Part shown: positions 9,959 through 19,786 of the stretch, piece after piece | How positions within the stretch are numbered: the first letter of the stretch is position 1 | Layout of the letters: every line of letters starts with the position of its first letter | Assembly (NCBI GenBank): GCA_001627865.1 | Contig: LUQO01000038.1 | Span: 10,941-74,940 of the forward strand | Origin: SAR324 cluster bacterium REDSEA-S27_B3 | GTDB taxonomy: Bacteria; SAR324; NAC60-12 | Direction of reading: 5' to 3' | Length of the DNA: 64,000 nt | Translations under genes and position numbers: made by a program | Notes under the pieces: generated by a model | What the model was told of the DNA's origin: nothing | Databases searched by the model: none | The model's input: the letters and a program-made list of their open reading frames with translations, nothing else

Positions 9959-10564
9959 TCAACTCAGGATTAGTTTGCCTGCTAATGCTTTATAAGTTTC
10001 TAAAGATTTTTCATCTTCATCCAACTTATGGGACAATCTCCCTTGGTAAATAATTTCTCCACTGCGTGCTTCAATCATTTTTAAGCGTATGATCCATTGC
10101 TCATCTGAGGGGCAATCTTTTGTACAGGGGAATGATACAAAATCCAGTAGTATAAAGTGTGGGGTATCAAATTTATCTACAATTTGCCATGCAAGCTCTT
10201 TATCTGAAATCCCTGTCAGGGTTAGTGTGCTCAGGTATGTCTTGTATGATGACCTCAGTTTCGGACTATCAGCCAGTTTCATTTGTCGTTCTTTAATTCC
10301 TGTAATTCTGCCAAGTACAGGCATTTTTCGTAACCTTTGCTCCATGGTTTCCATCAAATTCGGCCATACTGGTTCAAGGTTTTTGGGTGATTTGATTGTC
10401 AGAAAAGCTACAGGTTTGAGCATATAAGGTAACAGGTCCGGCTTGTCTTTGATTTCGATTGATTTACAGCCCACCAGGGAACTCAGCAGCAGGGTGATGC
10501 TAATGGTAAGTGTAATTTGAAATATAGATGGTATTCTAGTTATAGATTTTTTTCTCATACTCAT
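9959..10564 (-). CDS. hypothetical lipoprotein
   Basis: Signal peptide with lipobox (LLLSSLVGC). No recognisable catalytic motif. Confidence 0.5.
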   Translation of the reverse strand: MSMRKKSITRIPSIFQITLTISITLLLSSLVGCKSIEIKDKPDLLPYMLKPVAFLTIKSPKNLEPVWPNLMETMEQRLRKMPVLGRITGIKERQMKLADSPKLRSSYKTYLSTLTLTGISDKELAWQIVDKFDTPHFILLDFVSFPCTKDCPSDEQWIIRLKMIEARSGEIIYQGRLSHKLDEDEKSLETYKALAGKLILS

Positions 10565-10714
10565 TTAATAATTTTCATCATGATACTTTCTTTAAACCAG
10601 CTTATCTGCAAACACAATAAACACAAACAATTAAGATTTCAACTTGTAATTTCAATTAATAAGCTATATATTCAATCATTTGAAATTTTCTATTAATTAA
10701 AAGGATTTGATCCA

Positions 10715-11819
10715 ATGTTGAGTGAAGAAATCAGTACAAGGATTGATTGGTTAACTCAGAGATTGGGCGACTTAGAAGGGTTTCTTTGAAGTCGCAGATA
10801 AAAGCAGGCAACTACAGGAAATGGAGGCTGAAACCTCACAGGATGGTTTTTGGAACTTGCCGCTAAGTGAGCGTACTGTACTGTTAAAAGACATTTCACG
10901 ATTGAGTGTACATATTGAAGGTTGGAAGTCACTGGATTTATTGCATAATGATTTGAAAGCCGCAGCGGACTTATACAGAGAAGATGAGGACGCGGAACTG
11001 CTGAGTGAAATTGTTGATACATGTGAGAAACTGGATAAAGAACTGGATTCTCTTGAAATCACATCGTTGTTTAGTGGTGAATCAGACGACAGAAATGCGA
11101 TTGTATCTATTCATCCCGGTGCGGGTGGGACAGAATCAACAGACTGGGCAATGATGCTGTATGATATGTATCGTAAATGGATCACTGAGGAACAATTTAA
11201 ATTTCAACTCCTTGACTATCTGCCTGGTGATGAAGCAGGAATCAAGTCTGTAACTTTTTCAGTTTCAGGACCATACGCATACGGAAAAATGAAGGCAGAA
11301 ATTGGTGTGCATAGACTGGTACGTATTTCTCCATTCGATTCACAAAAACGACGCCACACCTCATTTGCATCAGTTTTTGTATATGCTGAAATTGATGAGG
11401 AGATTGTAGTAGAAATTCTTCCGGATGATATTCGAGTTGATACTTACCGTGCCAGTGGAGCTGGAGGTCAGCATGTTAATACAACAGACTCGGCGGTGCG
11501 GATAACGCACACTCCAAGCGGAATAGTGGTGCAATGTCAAAATGAGCGATCTCAACATAAAAACAAAGCCACTGCGATGAAAATGCTTAAAGCTCAGCTG
11601 TTTGATTTGCAGCAAAAGGAGTTGAACAAGGAAAAAGATCTTCAGAACAGTAAAAAGCAGGAAAATGCCTGGGGCAGTCAAATCAGAAGCTACATTCTGC
11701 ATCCATACCAGTTGGTCAAGGATCATAGGACAAACTGGGAAGCAGGGAATACTCAAGCAGTCCTTAATGGTGAGATCAACGATTTCATCAAGGCCGCACT
11801 TTCACAGAAAGTGTGCTAA
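10715..11819 (+). CDS. prfB: peptide chain release factor 2 (requires programmed +1 frameshift at 10784-10789)
   Basis: Frame 0 is ATG 10715 ... GGG TTT CTT TGA (stop at 10787-10789). The +1 frame from 10788 continues into the 10821..11819 ORF, which carries SPF (RISPFDS) and GGQ (SGAGGQHVN) motifs. Confidence 0.9.
10778..10790 (+). promoter_or_regulatory. RF2 autoregulatory +1 frameshift site (SD-like AAGGG, 3-nt spacer, CTT TGA)
   Basis: gaaGGGtttCTTTGAa has the same architecture as the E. coli prfB site (AGGGGG-TAT-CTT-TGA). Confidence 0.85.
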
Positions 11820-11859
11820 GTGTCTGAAATAATAATAATCTTTAACAAAATATTTTTTA

Positions 11860-12345
11860 ATGGCTTCATTTGATATAGTCTGCGAAGTTAACATGCAGGA
11901 AGTTACTAATGCCGTAGACCAGGCGAGGAGGGAAATTGGGAATCGTTATGATTTCCGAGGCTCAAATTGTGAAATTAATTTGGATAAGCAAAAGCCTTCC
12001 TTATTGATCACTGCTGATGATGAATTGAAAATGCAAACTACCATTGACATTTTATTGACAAAGTTGATCAAACGCTCAGTACCGGTTAAATCACTTATTT
12101 ATGGTAAGACGGAACCAAGTGGGAAAGTACAGAAGAAGGAAATAACGATTCAGCAGGGGTTATCAAAGGAGCAATGCAAAAAAGTCAATTTATTCATAAA
12201 ATCCACTAAACTAAAAATCCAACCTCAAGTTCAGAGTGATTCTGTACGTGTAAGCGGCAAAAAAAAGGATGACTTACAGGCAGCAATGAAAGCTGTGAAG
12301 GATCAGAATTTTGACTTTGATGTGCAGTTTACAAATTATCGCTAA
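11860..12345 (+). CDS. yajQ: YajQ-family nucleotide (cyclic-di-GMP)-binding protein
   Basis: MASFDIVCEVNMQEVTNAVDQARREIGNRYDFRGS.. is the typical YajQ/UPF0234 N-terminus. 161 aa. Confidence 0.8.
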   Translation: MASFDIVCEVNMQEVTNAVDQARREIGNRYDFRGSNCEINLDKQKPSLLITADDELKMQTTIDILLTKLIKRSVPVKSLIYGKTEPSGKVQKKEITIQQGLSKEQCKKVNLFIKSTKLKIQPQVQSDSVRVSGKKKDDLQAAMKAVKDQNFDFDVQFTNYR

Positions 12346-12403
12346 AATCCAAAATAATTCTTATAAAGAAACGTCATCGGAATTGATTTTATTAAATGAC
12401 CGA

Positions 12404-15190
12404 TTAATTCCTGCGCAGCATTCTTAATCTGTGTTCAGACTGAAAACCATGCCGGTTTCGTGAAAAAACTGATATTTGATTACTACCTGGCAGCAAATTT
12501 ATAACAGTTTTGAATAAAAAATCTTTTTCAAAATTTTTTTGATCTTCAGTATTTACAGGCTCATCAAAGTTGGCAAAATAATAAACTTTTTCGTCATTCA
12601 AATGCACAAAAACGTCTTGCACTTCTTCTGCATTTTTGACTTTTCCGCTCAATATCAGTGACTCCAAAGTTGTGTCTCCTTTCACAGGATTGCCATCTGA
12701 GTCCTCCCACCTCAACTCTAAAAACTCTGGTGTCATAACCATTTTGTCAGGCAGCTGATTTTTCAAATCCCAAAGTTGTATAATTGTTGGTGCATCTGAT
12801 TTTGTGTCATCAATTTCCATTTTAATTTTACCCAGTCCCTTGGAGTTATGTAAAACATGAAAAAGAAAAAACTCTTTTTGTTCTTCTCCAGTAGTCAGGT
12901 TTTTTAAAACAATTTTTCCACGATTAATTCTAAAAGATCCTTCAGGCCCTTTAATGTTCATCATTAATTCCGGAACCGGTTTTTCGTTGAAATTAGCGAT
13001 ATTAAAACTGAGGGCTATAGTTTCTCCTGATTGTACTATTCCATCTCCATTTCCCTGACTGCCAAGTTCCCCATTGTCCAGAAATTTCATTCCTATTCGA
13101 AAAGAGGGAGTACGTTTTGCTGAAAAACGTAATTGCTTTCTTAGAGATTTTATCTTCTTCAAACTGTAATCATAAAGCACCAGTTCCACCGGTTCATTCT
13201 CTTCCAGCATTCCTGCAGAAATGTTGATATGCATCGAACGTGATTCAGCTTTTCCCGGCAAAAGTCTACCTATAGGAAACTCCAGGCCATCCAGCAAACT
13301 GTTACCTGATTTTGTTACAACTATCAGACGTTGAGCCTCGATTTTTCCTTCATTCTTAAGTTGAACATTTATTCGCAGAATTTCATCAGATATTTCTGAA
13401 GTGGACAAGGATAATTTAAGTGAATCCGCGGAAGGTGATTTTATAAACGGATTTAAGCTCCAATCTATATCATGTTTTGAAAGTGCTCCTGTAATTTTCG
13501 CTAATTCCTTGTGCTCAGTTTCCCTCAAAATCTGCTGGGCAATTTCTTTGTTTTTTCCCATATTAATATGTGTTAGGACTTGTAAAGCAGTTTCTACAAA
13601 TATGTCTTCTTTCAATTTATTTTTTATGACATTTTGATCTGTGATTTGAGATTCATAGAACAGAAAAGAATCACGTGCCAAGTAACGTATTTGTTGTGTA
13701 TCTGTATTGTCATTATTTTGTTCTGCTTCAGAATCAGGGAATAACTGAAATCGTTCAAAATCTACAGATGATAGAAGATGAGATTGTTTTGGTTGTTCAT
13801 ATGATTCTGTCTTCTGATTGCTGCTTTCAGATTTTGCTGTTTTCGCAGGAATAGAAACCCGATTCAGTTGAAAATCTGGAACAACACCAATGTTGTGGAT
13901 AAACTGGCCAGCAGGTGTTAAATACTCTCCAACAGTTAATTTCAGTCCTGCACCTTCTTTCAAATTCCAAACAGTTTGAACTGTCCCTTTGCCAAAACTT
14001 TGTTCACCAATTACAAGTGCACGCTCATTTTGTTGTAGTGCGGCAGCGACAATTTCTGAAGCAGACGCGCTTCCGTGATTTATCAGCACAACAATTGGTA
14101 TTGTCAGATATTTATTATCAGCAAATAATTGTTTAGAATAATGGGTGGCAGATTCAGCGGAACTTTTAGTACTTACAATTCGTTGCTTACCCTCTAAAAA
14201 TAAATCGCTGAGGCGAACCGCTTCTTCCAGTATTCCTCCTGGATTATTTCTCAAATCAATAATTATTCCGTGGATATTTTTCAAATCACCTAACTTATCT
14301 TTAAGTTCCTGAGAGGTTTCAATTTGAAAGTTTTTGATTCGTGCGTAACGAACAGTTTTTCCTTCGCTTTCTAAATCATATGTTACGACGCTATCAACAT
14401 GAATTTCTTCACGGAAAAGTTCAAACTGCAATGCTTTCGCATGACCTTTTCGCAAAACACTGAGTTTGACTGGTGAGCCAATTTCTCCACGCAGACGATG
14501 GAGAATTTCATCTAATGTCATGTGCTCCGTTTTTTCTCCATCAACTTCGACAATTCTGTCTAGCGGAAGCATTCCTGCTCTTGACGCGGGGCTGCCGTCC
14601 ATGGGGGTAATCACTGTTAAAAATCCGCCCCTTGTCCCAACAACCAGACCAACACCGGCAAATTGACCACCCAGATTAATGTTGAATTCACGGAATAATT
14701 CCTTTGGTAGAAAAACAGAATATTCGTCAAGCTGGCTCAGAATGCCATGAGCAAAAATCTGTTCTATTTTTAACTTTGTCAACTGTAGACCATTCAGTAA
14801 AAGGTGTTCTTTAAGTTTTTGCAAAACAAGGTGTAAATCATCAAGTCCATGTAATTGTACAACTGAAAGAACTGATTTTTTGTTTCCCAAGCTTACTTCA
14901 AGTCTGGGTACTGAGTTATTTTTATTAAATACAGGTTCTATCCAAACTTCAGGCACCTCGCGTTCAAGTTCTGTAAGCGCGCCTTGGAGTAATTTTTTCG
15001 GGTCAAGTTTTTCTGCATCAATATAATCCAACTGCAGGTGCATGAGGACTTCGGCAAGCAGGGAGTTCTCTGACAAAACATTTGCTACGGGTTCATGTTC
15101 TTTCAGAGAATTCTTGAAATAGCTGCATCCTCCTGTCAAAAATAACAGCAGAATTAAACAGTTAAAGAAATAAGTTGTTTTTACTTTCAT
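12404..15190 (-). CDS. S41-family carboxy-terminal processing protease lipoprotein with long C-terminal extension
   Basis: Lipobox (LFLTGGC), PDZ (GVGLVVGTRGGFLTVITPMDGSPASRAGMLPLDRIVEVDG), S41 catalytic blocks (NPGG.., INHGSASASEI, GKGTVQ). About 470 further residues have no recognisable catalytic motif. Confidence 0.8.
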   Translation of the reverse strand: MKVKTTYFFNCLILLLFLTGGCSYFKNSLKEHEPVANVLSENSLLAEVLMHLQLDYIDAEKLDPKKLLQGALTELEREVPEVWIEPVFNKNNSVPRLEVSLGNKKSVLSVVQLHGLDDLHLVLQKLKEHLLLNGLQLTKLKIEQIFAHGILSQLDEYSVFLPKELFREFNINLGGQFAGVGLVVGTRGGFLTVITPMDGSPASRAGMLPLDRIVEVDGEKTEHMTLDEILHRLRGEIGSPVKLSVLRKGHAKALQFELFREEIHVDSVVTYDLESEGKTVRYARIKNFQIETSQELKDKLGDLKNIHGIIIDLRNNPGGILEEAVRLSDLFLEGKQRIVSTKSSAESATHYSKQLFADNKYLTIPIVVLINHGSASASEIVAAALQQNERALVIGEQSFGKGTVQTVWNLKEGAGLKLTVGEYLTPAGQFIHNIGVVPDFQLNRVSIPAKTAKSESSNQKTESYEQPKQSHLLSSVDFERFQLFPDSEAEQNNDNTDTQQIRYLARDSFLFYESQITDQNVIKNKLKEDIFVETALQVLTHINMGKNKEIAQQILRETEHKELAKITGALSKHDIDWSLNPFIKSPSADSLKLSLSTSEISDEILRINVQLKNEGKIEAQRLIVVTKSGNSLLDGLEFPIGRLLPGKAESRSMHINISAGMLEENEPVELVLYDYSLKKIKSLRKQLRFSAKRTPSFRIGMKFLDNGELGSQGNGDGIVQSGETIALSFNIANFNEKPVPELMMNIKGPEGSFRINRGKIVLKNLTTGEEQKEFFLFHVLHNSKGLGKIKMEIDDTKSDAPTIIQLWDLKNQLPDKMVMTPEFLELRWEDSDGNPVKGDTTLESLILSGKVKNAEEVQDVFVHLNDEKVYYFANFDEPVNTEDQKNFEKDFLFKTVINLLPGSNQISVFSRNRHGFQSEHRLRMLRRN

Positions 15191-15348
15191 ATAATTTGGA
15201 AGTAATATTTTTATCTTTTTCAGGGATTTGAAGAAATTTTATTTCTGATGATTCCAGCTTTTGCTTGAAAGTGCAAAGTGTCTGTGATATCTATCTCACC
15301 ACTCATAAATAACTCTTTCCCAATTAACAACTATTGAGCATGTAACTT

Positions 15349-16875
15349 ATGAACATCGGTTCCTTACTTCCAAGACACGCACGTTACCGTCCGGAACATC
15401 TTGCTTTTGTTATAGGAGAACAGCGCCTGAACTTCCATGAATTAAATTCCCGCGTAAATTGTCTGGCAAATGCTTTACTGAAAGCAGGTATTCGTAAAGG
15501 CCAGAAAATGGCAACAGTCCTTTCGAATTGCGAAGAATTAATGCTGCTGTACTGGGCTGCAGCAAAAACAGGAATTGTGATTGTGCCTTCCAGTCCATTA
15601 TTACAGGCTTCCGGATTAACGACTCTTTTGCGAGATTCGGATACAGTGATTGTTTTTGCTGAAGATTCCTTCACAAGTATTATGGAACAAATTCGTGAAG
15701 ATCTCCCGAATGTTGAAAAGGAACGATGGATATTAGTTGGCGAAGGCATAGAAGGTTCCGGATATCAAATGTGGACGGATTTTATTTCAGATGCGTCAGA
15801 TGAGGAACCTCCGGATGCAGAATTGAAAGATGATGATGTGTACAACATCATGTATTCCAGCGGCACCACAGGTGCACCTAAAGGTATTGTGCATACTCAT
15901 TATGTCCGTGCGAATTACTGCATACAATTCGCATCTGCATGGCGAATGACTCCGGAAAGTGTTGTTTTGCATTCAGGTGCAATTGTATTCAACGGGGCAA
16001 TGTTGGATTTGATGCCGTGGATGTATTTGGGTGCAACTTATATTTTACACCAAACATTTGATGCCGGAGCAGTATTACAGACTATTGAGCAGGAGAAAGT
16101 AACTCACATAGTAATGGTTCCTTCACAGATTGTGGCATTGCTGAACCATCCTGAATTTGATCCAAAAAAACTCAAATCGCTTGAGATGCTGCAAAGTGTA
16201 GGCGCACCATTACTGCTGGAATACAAGCACAAATTGAATGATGTTTTACCAGGAATTTTTTATGAATTGTACGGAGTAACTGAAGGTTTTTTTTCGGTTT
16301 TGGACAGAGACGATGCAGTAAGTAAAGTAGGTTCAGTGGGAGCGGCTCCAGCGTTTATTGACATCAGGATATTACGTGAAAACGGTGAAGATTGTGATCC
16401 TGATGAGGTTGGGGAAATATGTGGACGAGGCCCGATGATGATGCCTGGATATTACAATCGTCCGGACTTGACTGAAAAAACCATTGTTAACGGCTGGTTA
16501 CATTCCGGAGACTTAGGCTATTTGGACACGGACGGATATTTATATTTGGTGGATCGTGTGAAAGACATGATTATCAGCGGCGGTGTAAATGTTTATCCCA
16601 AAGATATTGAAGAAATCATCATTAAACATCCGGAAGTAATAGAAGTTGCAGTGTTTGGTGTTCCGGATAAGAAATGGGGTGAAACACCTGTTGCAGCTGT
16701 AATTTGTCTAAAAAATCATAATGTCTCCGCCGAAAAATTAACTGCATGGACAAATGAAAGAGTTGATGCAAAATTTCAACGCGTAAAAGAGATCCTAATT
16801 CTTGAATCTTTCCCACTCAATGTTGCCGGAAAGACACTAAAACGCGAAATGCGTGACGCGTACATTAACAGCTGA
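15349..16875 (+). CDS. AMP-dependent acyl-CoA synthetase/ligase (fatty-acid--CoA ligase-like)
   Basis: AMP-binding motif YSSGTTGAPKGI, ..GWLHSGDLGY..DGYLYLVDRVKDMI..GG.NVYP.. core motifs. 508 aa. Confidence 0.8.
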   Translation: MNIGSLLPRHARYRPEHLAFVIGEQRLNFHELNSRVNCLANALLKAGIRKGQKMATVLSNCEELMLLYWAAAKTGIVIVPSSPLLQASGLTTLLRDSDTVIVFAEDSFTSIMEQIREDLPNVEKERWILVGEGIEGSGYQMWTDFISDASDEEPPDAELKDDDVYNIMYSSGTTGAPKGIVHTHYVRANYCIQFASAWRMTPESVVLHSGAIVFNGAMLDLMPWMYLGATYILHQTFDAGAVLQTIEQEKVTHIVMVPSQIVALLNHPEFDPKKLKSLEMLQSVGAPLLLEYKHKLNDVLPGIFYELYGVTEGFFSVLDRDDAVSKVGSVGAAPAFIDIRILRENGEDCDPDEVGEICGRGPMMMPGYYNRPDLTEKTIVNGWLHSGDLGYLDTDGYLYLVDRVKDMIISGGVNVYPKDIEEIIIKHPEVIEVAVFGVPDKKWGETPVAAVICLKNHNVSAEKLTAWTNERVDAKFQRVKEILILESFPLNVAGKTLKREMRDAYINS

Positions 16876-16988
16876 AACGCTATCAAACTAAGTTTTACTA
16901 TAAGTTTTTGAATAAACATTTACATGAGAAATTTTCAAACAAATTTGGCTTAAGCGGTACTAAGTATTAGTTATAATTTGATAATTGA

Positions 16989-17017
16989 TTGTACATTTTT
17001 CAGTGTCATGCTATAAT
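16989..17017 (+). promoter_or_regulatory. candidate sigma-70 promoter for hflX (TTGTAC-N17-TATAAT)
   Basis: TTGTAC at 16989-16994, 17-nt spacer, TATAAT at 17012-17017, about 40 nt upstream of the TTG start at 17058. Confidence 0.35.
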
Positions 17018-17057
17018 CCCGTCCGGAAATTACAGTACATTACTTTTCTGAGGATAT

Positions 17058-18365
17058 TTGGAAGAGAATAGATTATTCAATAATTGGAAACGCGCCTTAC
17101 TTGTTTCTCTGCAGTTGCCACACAGATCAAACTCTGAGGTTCAGAATTCACTGGAAGAGCTGTCATCACTGGCATACTCTCTTGGTGGAGAAGTGTCAGG
17201 ACAAATAATTCAAGTCTGCACACAAATTCATCCCGCTAATTTTTTTGGCAAAGGTAAGCTTGCTGAAATAAAATCCAAAATTCAGAGCGAGAATGTAGAT
17301 GCTTTGCTTGTGGACAATCAACTTGGTCCAAAACAAGTACAGAATTTAGAGAAATTGCTTGGCTGCGAAGTTTTGGATCGCACACAGGTCATTTTAGAAA
17401 TTTTTGCAAAAAATGCACGTACACATGAAGCAAAGCTGCAAATTGAGTTGGCACAGTCAGAATATTTGCTTACTCGATTAGTTGGATTATGGAAACATCT
17501 GGACAGGGAACGTGGTGGAATTAGTGCTTCTCGTGGTACCGGTGAAAAGCAGATTGAAAAAGACAGACAATTTTTGCGTCATCGAATTACACGACTCAGG
17601 AGTCAGCTGAAAAAAGTAGAAATAGAGAGAAAAACACAGACAAAAAGACGTTCGAATTGTTTGTGTGTCAGCCTGATTGGTTACACAAATGCCGGTAAAT
17701 CTACAATCATGAACGCGCTTACAAATTCCGGTTTGTTAGTGGAAGACCGTCTGTTTGCCACACTGGACTCAACAACACGACTTTTGGAAGAGGATTCACG
17801 TCCTAAAGTGTTACTGTCTGACACAGTTGGCTTCATCAGTAATCTGCCACATGAAGTTGTGGCCGCATTTCGTTCCACACTGAGTATTGTCCAGGAGGCG
17901 GATTTGTTACTGCACATTATTGATGCAAGTGACAATATCGATGAACACATTCGTACTGCTGCAGAAGTATTACAGGATTTGGAATCAACATGTATCCCGA
18001 TTATTAAAATATTCAACAAAACAGACAGGCTTTCTCCTACACGTTTATTGATGTTGGAGAAAATGTATCCTGAAGCAATATTTGTTTCTGCAACCCAAAG
18101 TGAACAAAACATTACTGATGATACTCCAGCTTTTGTTGACAAAATAAGAAAACAGATTCTTGTTTTCTTTGAAGAAAGAATGAAAACAGTAAAAATACGG
18201 CTTGATTATCAGCACTGTCAGCAGTTAGCAAATATTTATCAGTGGAGTCGTGTAGATGAAATTGATTATCAAGAGCAAGGAATCATGATGACGTTGACAG
18301 CAATTCCACGGAATTTGGACCGTCTGCGTCATCATTTAGGATCAGATATCAAAGAAATGAATTGA
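17058..18365 (+). CDS. hflX: GTPase HflX
   Basis: HflX N-terminal domain followed by G-domain motifs GYTNAGKST (G1), DTVGF (G3), NKTD (G4). TTG start. Confidence 0.85.
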   Translation: MEENRLFNNWKRALLVSLQLPHRSNSEVQNSLEELSSLAYSLGGEVSGQIIQVCTQIHPANFFGKGKLAEIKSKIQSENVDALLVDNQLGPKQVQNLEKLLGCEVLDRTQVILEIFAKNARTHEAKLQIELAQSEYLLTRLVGLWKHLDRERGGISASRGTGEKQIEKDRQFLRHRITRLRSQLKKVEIERKTQTKRRSNCLCVSLIGYTNAGKSTIMNALTNSGLLVEDRLFATLDSTTRLLEEDSRPKVLLSDTVGFISNLPHEVVAAFRSTLSIVQEADLLLHIIDASDNIDEHIRTAAEVLQDLESTCIPIIKIFNKTDRLSPTRLLMLEKMYPEAIFVSATQSEQNITDDTPAFVDKIRKQILVFFEERMKTVKIRLDYQHCQQLANIYQWSRVDEIDYQEQGIMMTLTAIPRNLDRLRHHLGSDIKEMN

Positions 18366-18491
18366 GTGGAATAATGACATATAAGGGAACAGAAAATTTT
18401 TCACCATATACATTCGACTTCAGAAATCGTTATTTTTATTCTGTGATTCTTAAAACCAGTTAATTTACTAATATTTAACAATAAAGTACAC

Positions 18492-19778
18492 ATGAAAAAA
18501 TTCGTTGTGGAAGGAGGAGCGACACTTTCAGGAAGCATTACTCCTTCCGGCAATAAAAACGAAGCTCTGCCGGTACTTGCCGCGACTTTGCTGTCACAGC
18601 AGCCTGTAACTATTCACAACGTGCCTGAAATTCTGGACATCGCAATTATGCGAAACCTGCTTGTGAGCATTGGAGCGGAGATAAATCAGATTGAGAAACA
18701 TTCATACAATATAGTTCCAGGTCATCTTTTTTCAAACAATCCGGATGCATCACAGGCTGGTCGAATACGGGGCTCTTTTCTGCTGGCAGGTCCGCTTCTT
18801 GCCCGGAAAAAATCCATTGTTTTGCCTGCGCCTGGAGGTGACAGGATTGGCTTAAGACCGGTACAAACCCATCTTTCTGCACTGGAAAAACTTGGCACCA
18901 CGATTAGTTTGAATGATGACGGGTTTTATGAAATGAAGACTGATGGACTGAAAGGAGCAGAAATATATCTTGATGAGGCCAGTGTTATGGCCACAGAAAA
19001 TTCGATCATGGCAGCTGTTACAGCACAAGGCAGGACCCGTATTTACAATGCAGCCTGTGAACCGCACGTTCAGGGGCTATGTAATTTTCTTGTAATGCTG
19101 GGAGCAAAAATTGATGGAATCGGCAGTAATTATCTTGTTATTGACGGAGTACCGGAACTTGATGGTGGAGAATACACAATTCAGCCGGATCATACTGAAG
19201 TAGGTTCTTTTATCGGATTAGCTGCTGTGACAGGCAGTGAACTACGTATTAAAAATGCTGGAGTAAAATATTTGCGCATGACCAGGCTCATGTTTGAAAA
19301 ACTGGGAGTAGAAGCAAAAGTTGAAGGTGATGATTTTATCATTCCAAAAAAACAAAAACTAACAGTCCAGAGAGATATTTCCGGCGGAATTCCGAAAATT
19401 GATGATGCGCCTTGGCCGGGATTTCCTGCGGATTTAACAAGCATAATGACTGTTGTTGCAACACAATGTAACGGAGCCGTTTTAATTTTTGAAAAAATGT
19501 TTGAAAGCCGTTTGTTCTGGGTGGATAAACTAATTGAAATGGGTGCGCAAATTATTCTATGTGATCCGCACAGGGCGGTGGTTTCCGGCCCAACTGTTCT
19601 CAAAGGTGCAAGAGTATCATCTCCGGATATAAGAGCAGGAATGGCTTTGTTGATTGCCGCACTTGGTGCAAAAGGCATTACGGAAATACATAATATTGAC
19701 CAGATTGATCGAGGATATGAATCTATTGATGAAAGACTAAATGCCTTGGGCGCTAAAATAAAGAGAGTAGACGAGTAA
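18492..19778 (+). CDS. murA: UDP-N-acetylglucosamine 1-carboxyvinyltransferase (Asp-type active-site loop)
   Basis: SGNKNEALP (Lys22 region), PGGDRIGLRPV loop, C-terminal ..IDRGYESIDERLNALGA... Codon 117 (18840-18842) is GAC (Asp) where E. coli has Cys115. Confidence 0.9.
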   Translation: MKKFVVEGGATLSGSITPSGNKNEALPVLAATLLSQQPVTIHNVPEILDIAIMRNLLVSIGAEINQIEKHSYNIVPGHLFSNNPDASQAGRIRGSFLLAGPLLARKKSIVLPAPGGDRIGLRPVQTHLSALEKLGTTISLNDDGFYEMKTDGLKGAEIYLDEASVMATENSIMAAVTAQGRTRIYNAACEPHVQGLCNFLVMLGAKIDGIGSNYLVIDGVPELDGGEYTIQPDHTEVGSFIGLAAVTGSELRIKNAGVKYLRMTRLMFEKLGVEAKVEGDDFIIPKKQKLTVQRDISGGIPKIDDAPWPGFPADLTSIMTVVATQCNGAVLIFEKMFESRLFWVDKLIEMGAQIILCDPHRAVVSGPTVLKGARVSSPDIRAGMALLIAALGAKGITEIHNIDQIDRGYESIDERLNALGAKIKRVDE

Positions 19779-19786
19779 AGGAATTA

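Noticed and set aside
10756-11062. Minus-strand ORFs 10756..11022 and 10772..11062 near the prfB 5' end.
   Set aside because: They are antisense to the RF2 leader and body, have no motifs, and are explained by the prfB frameshift structure.
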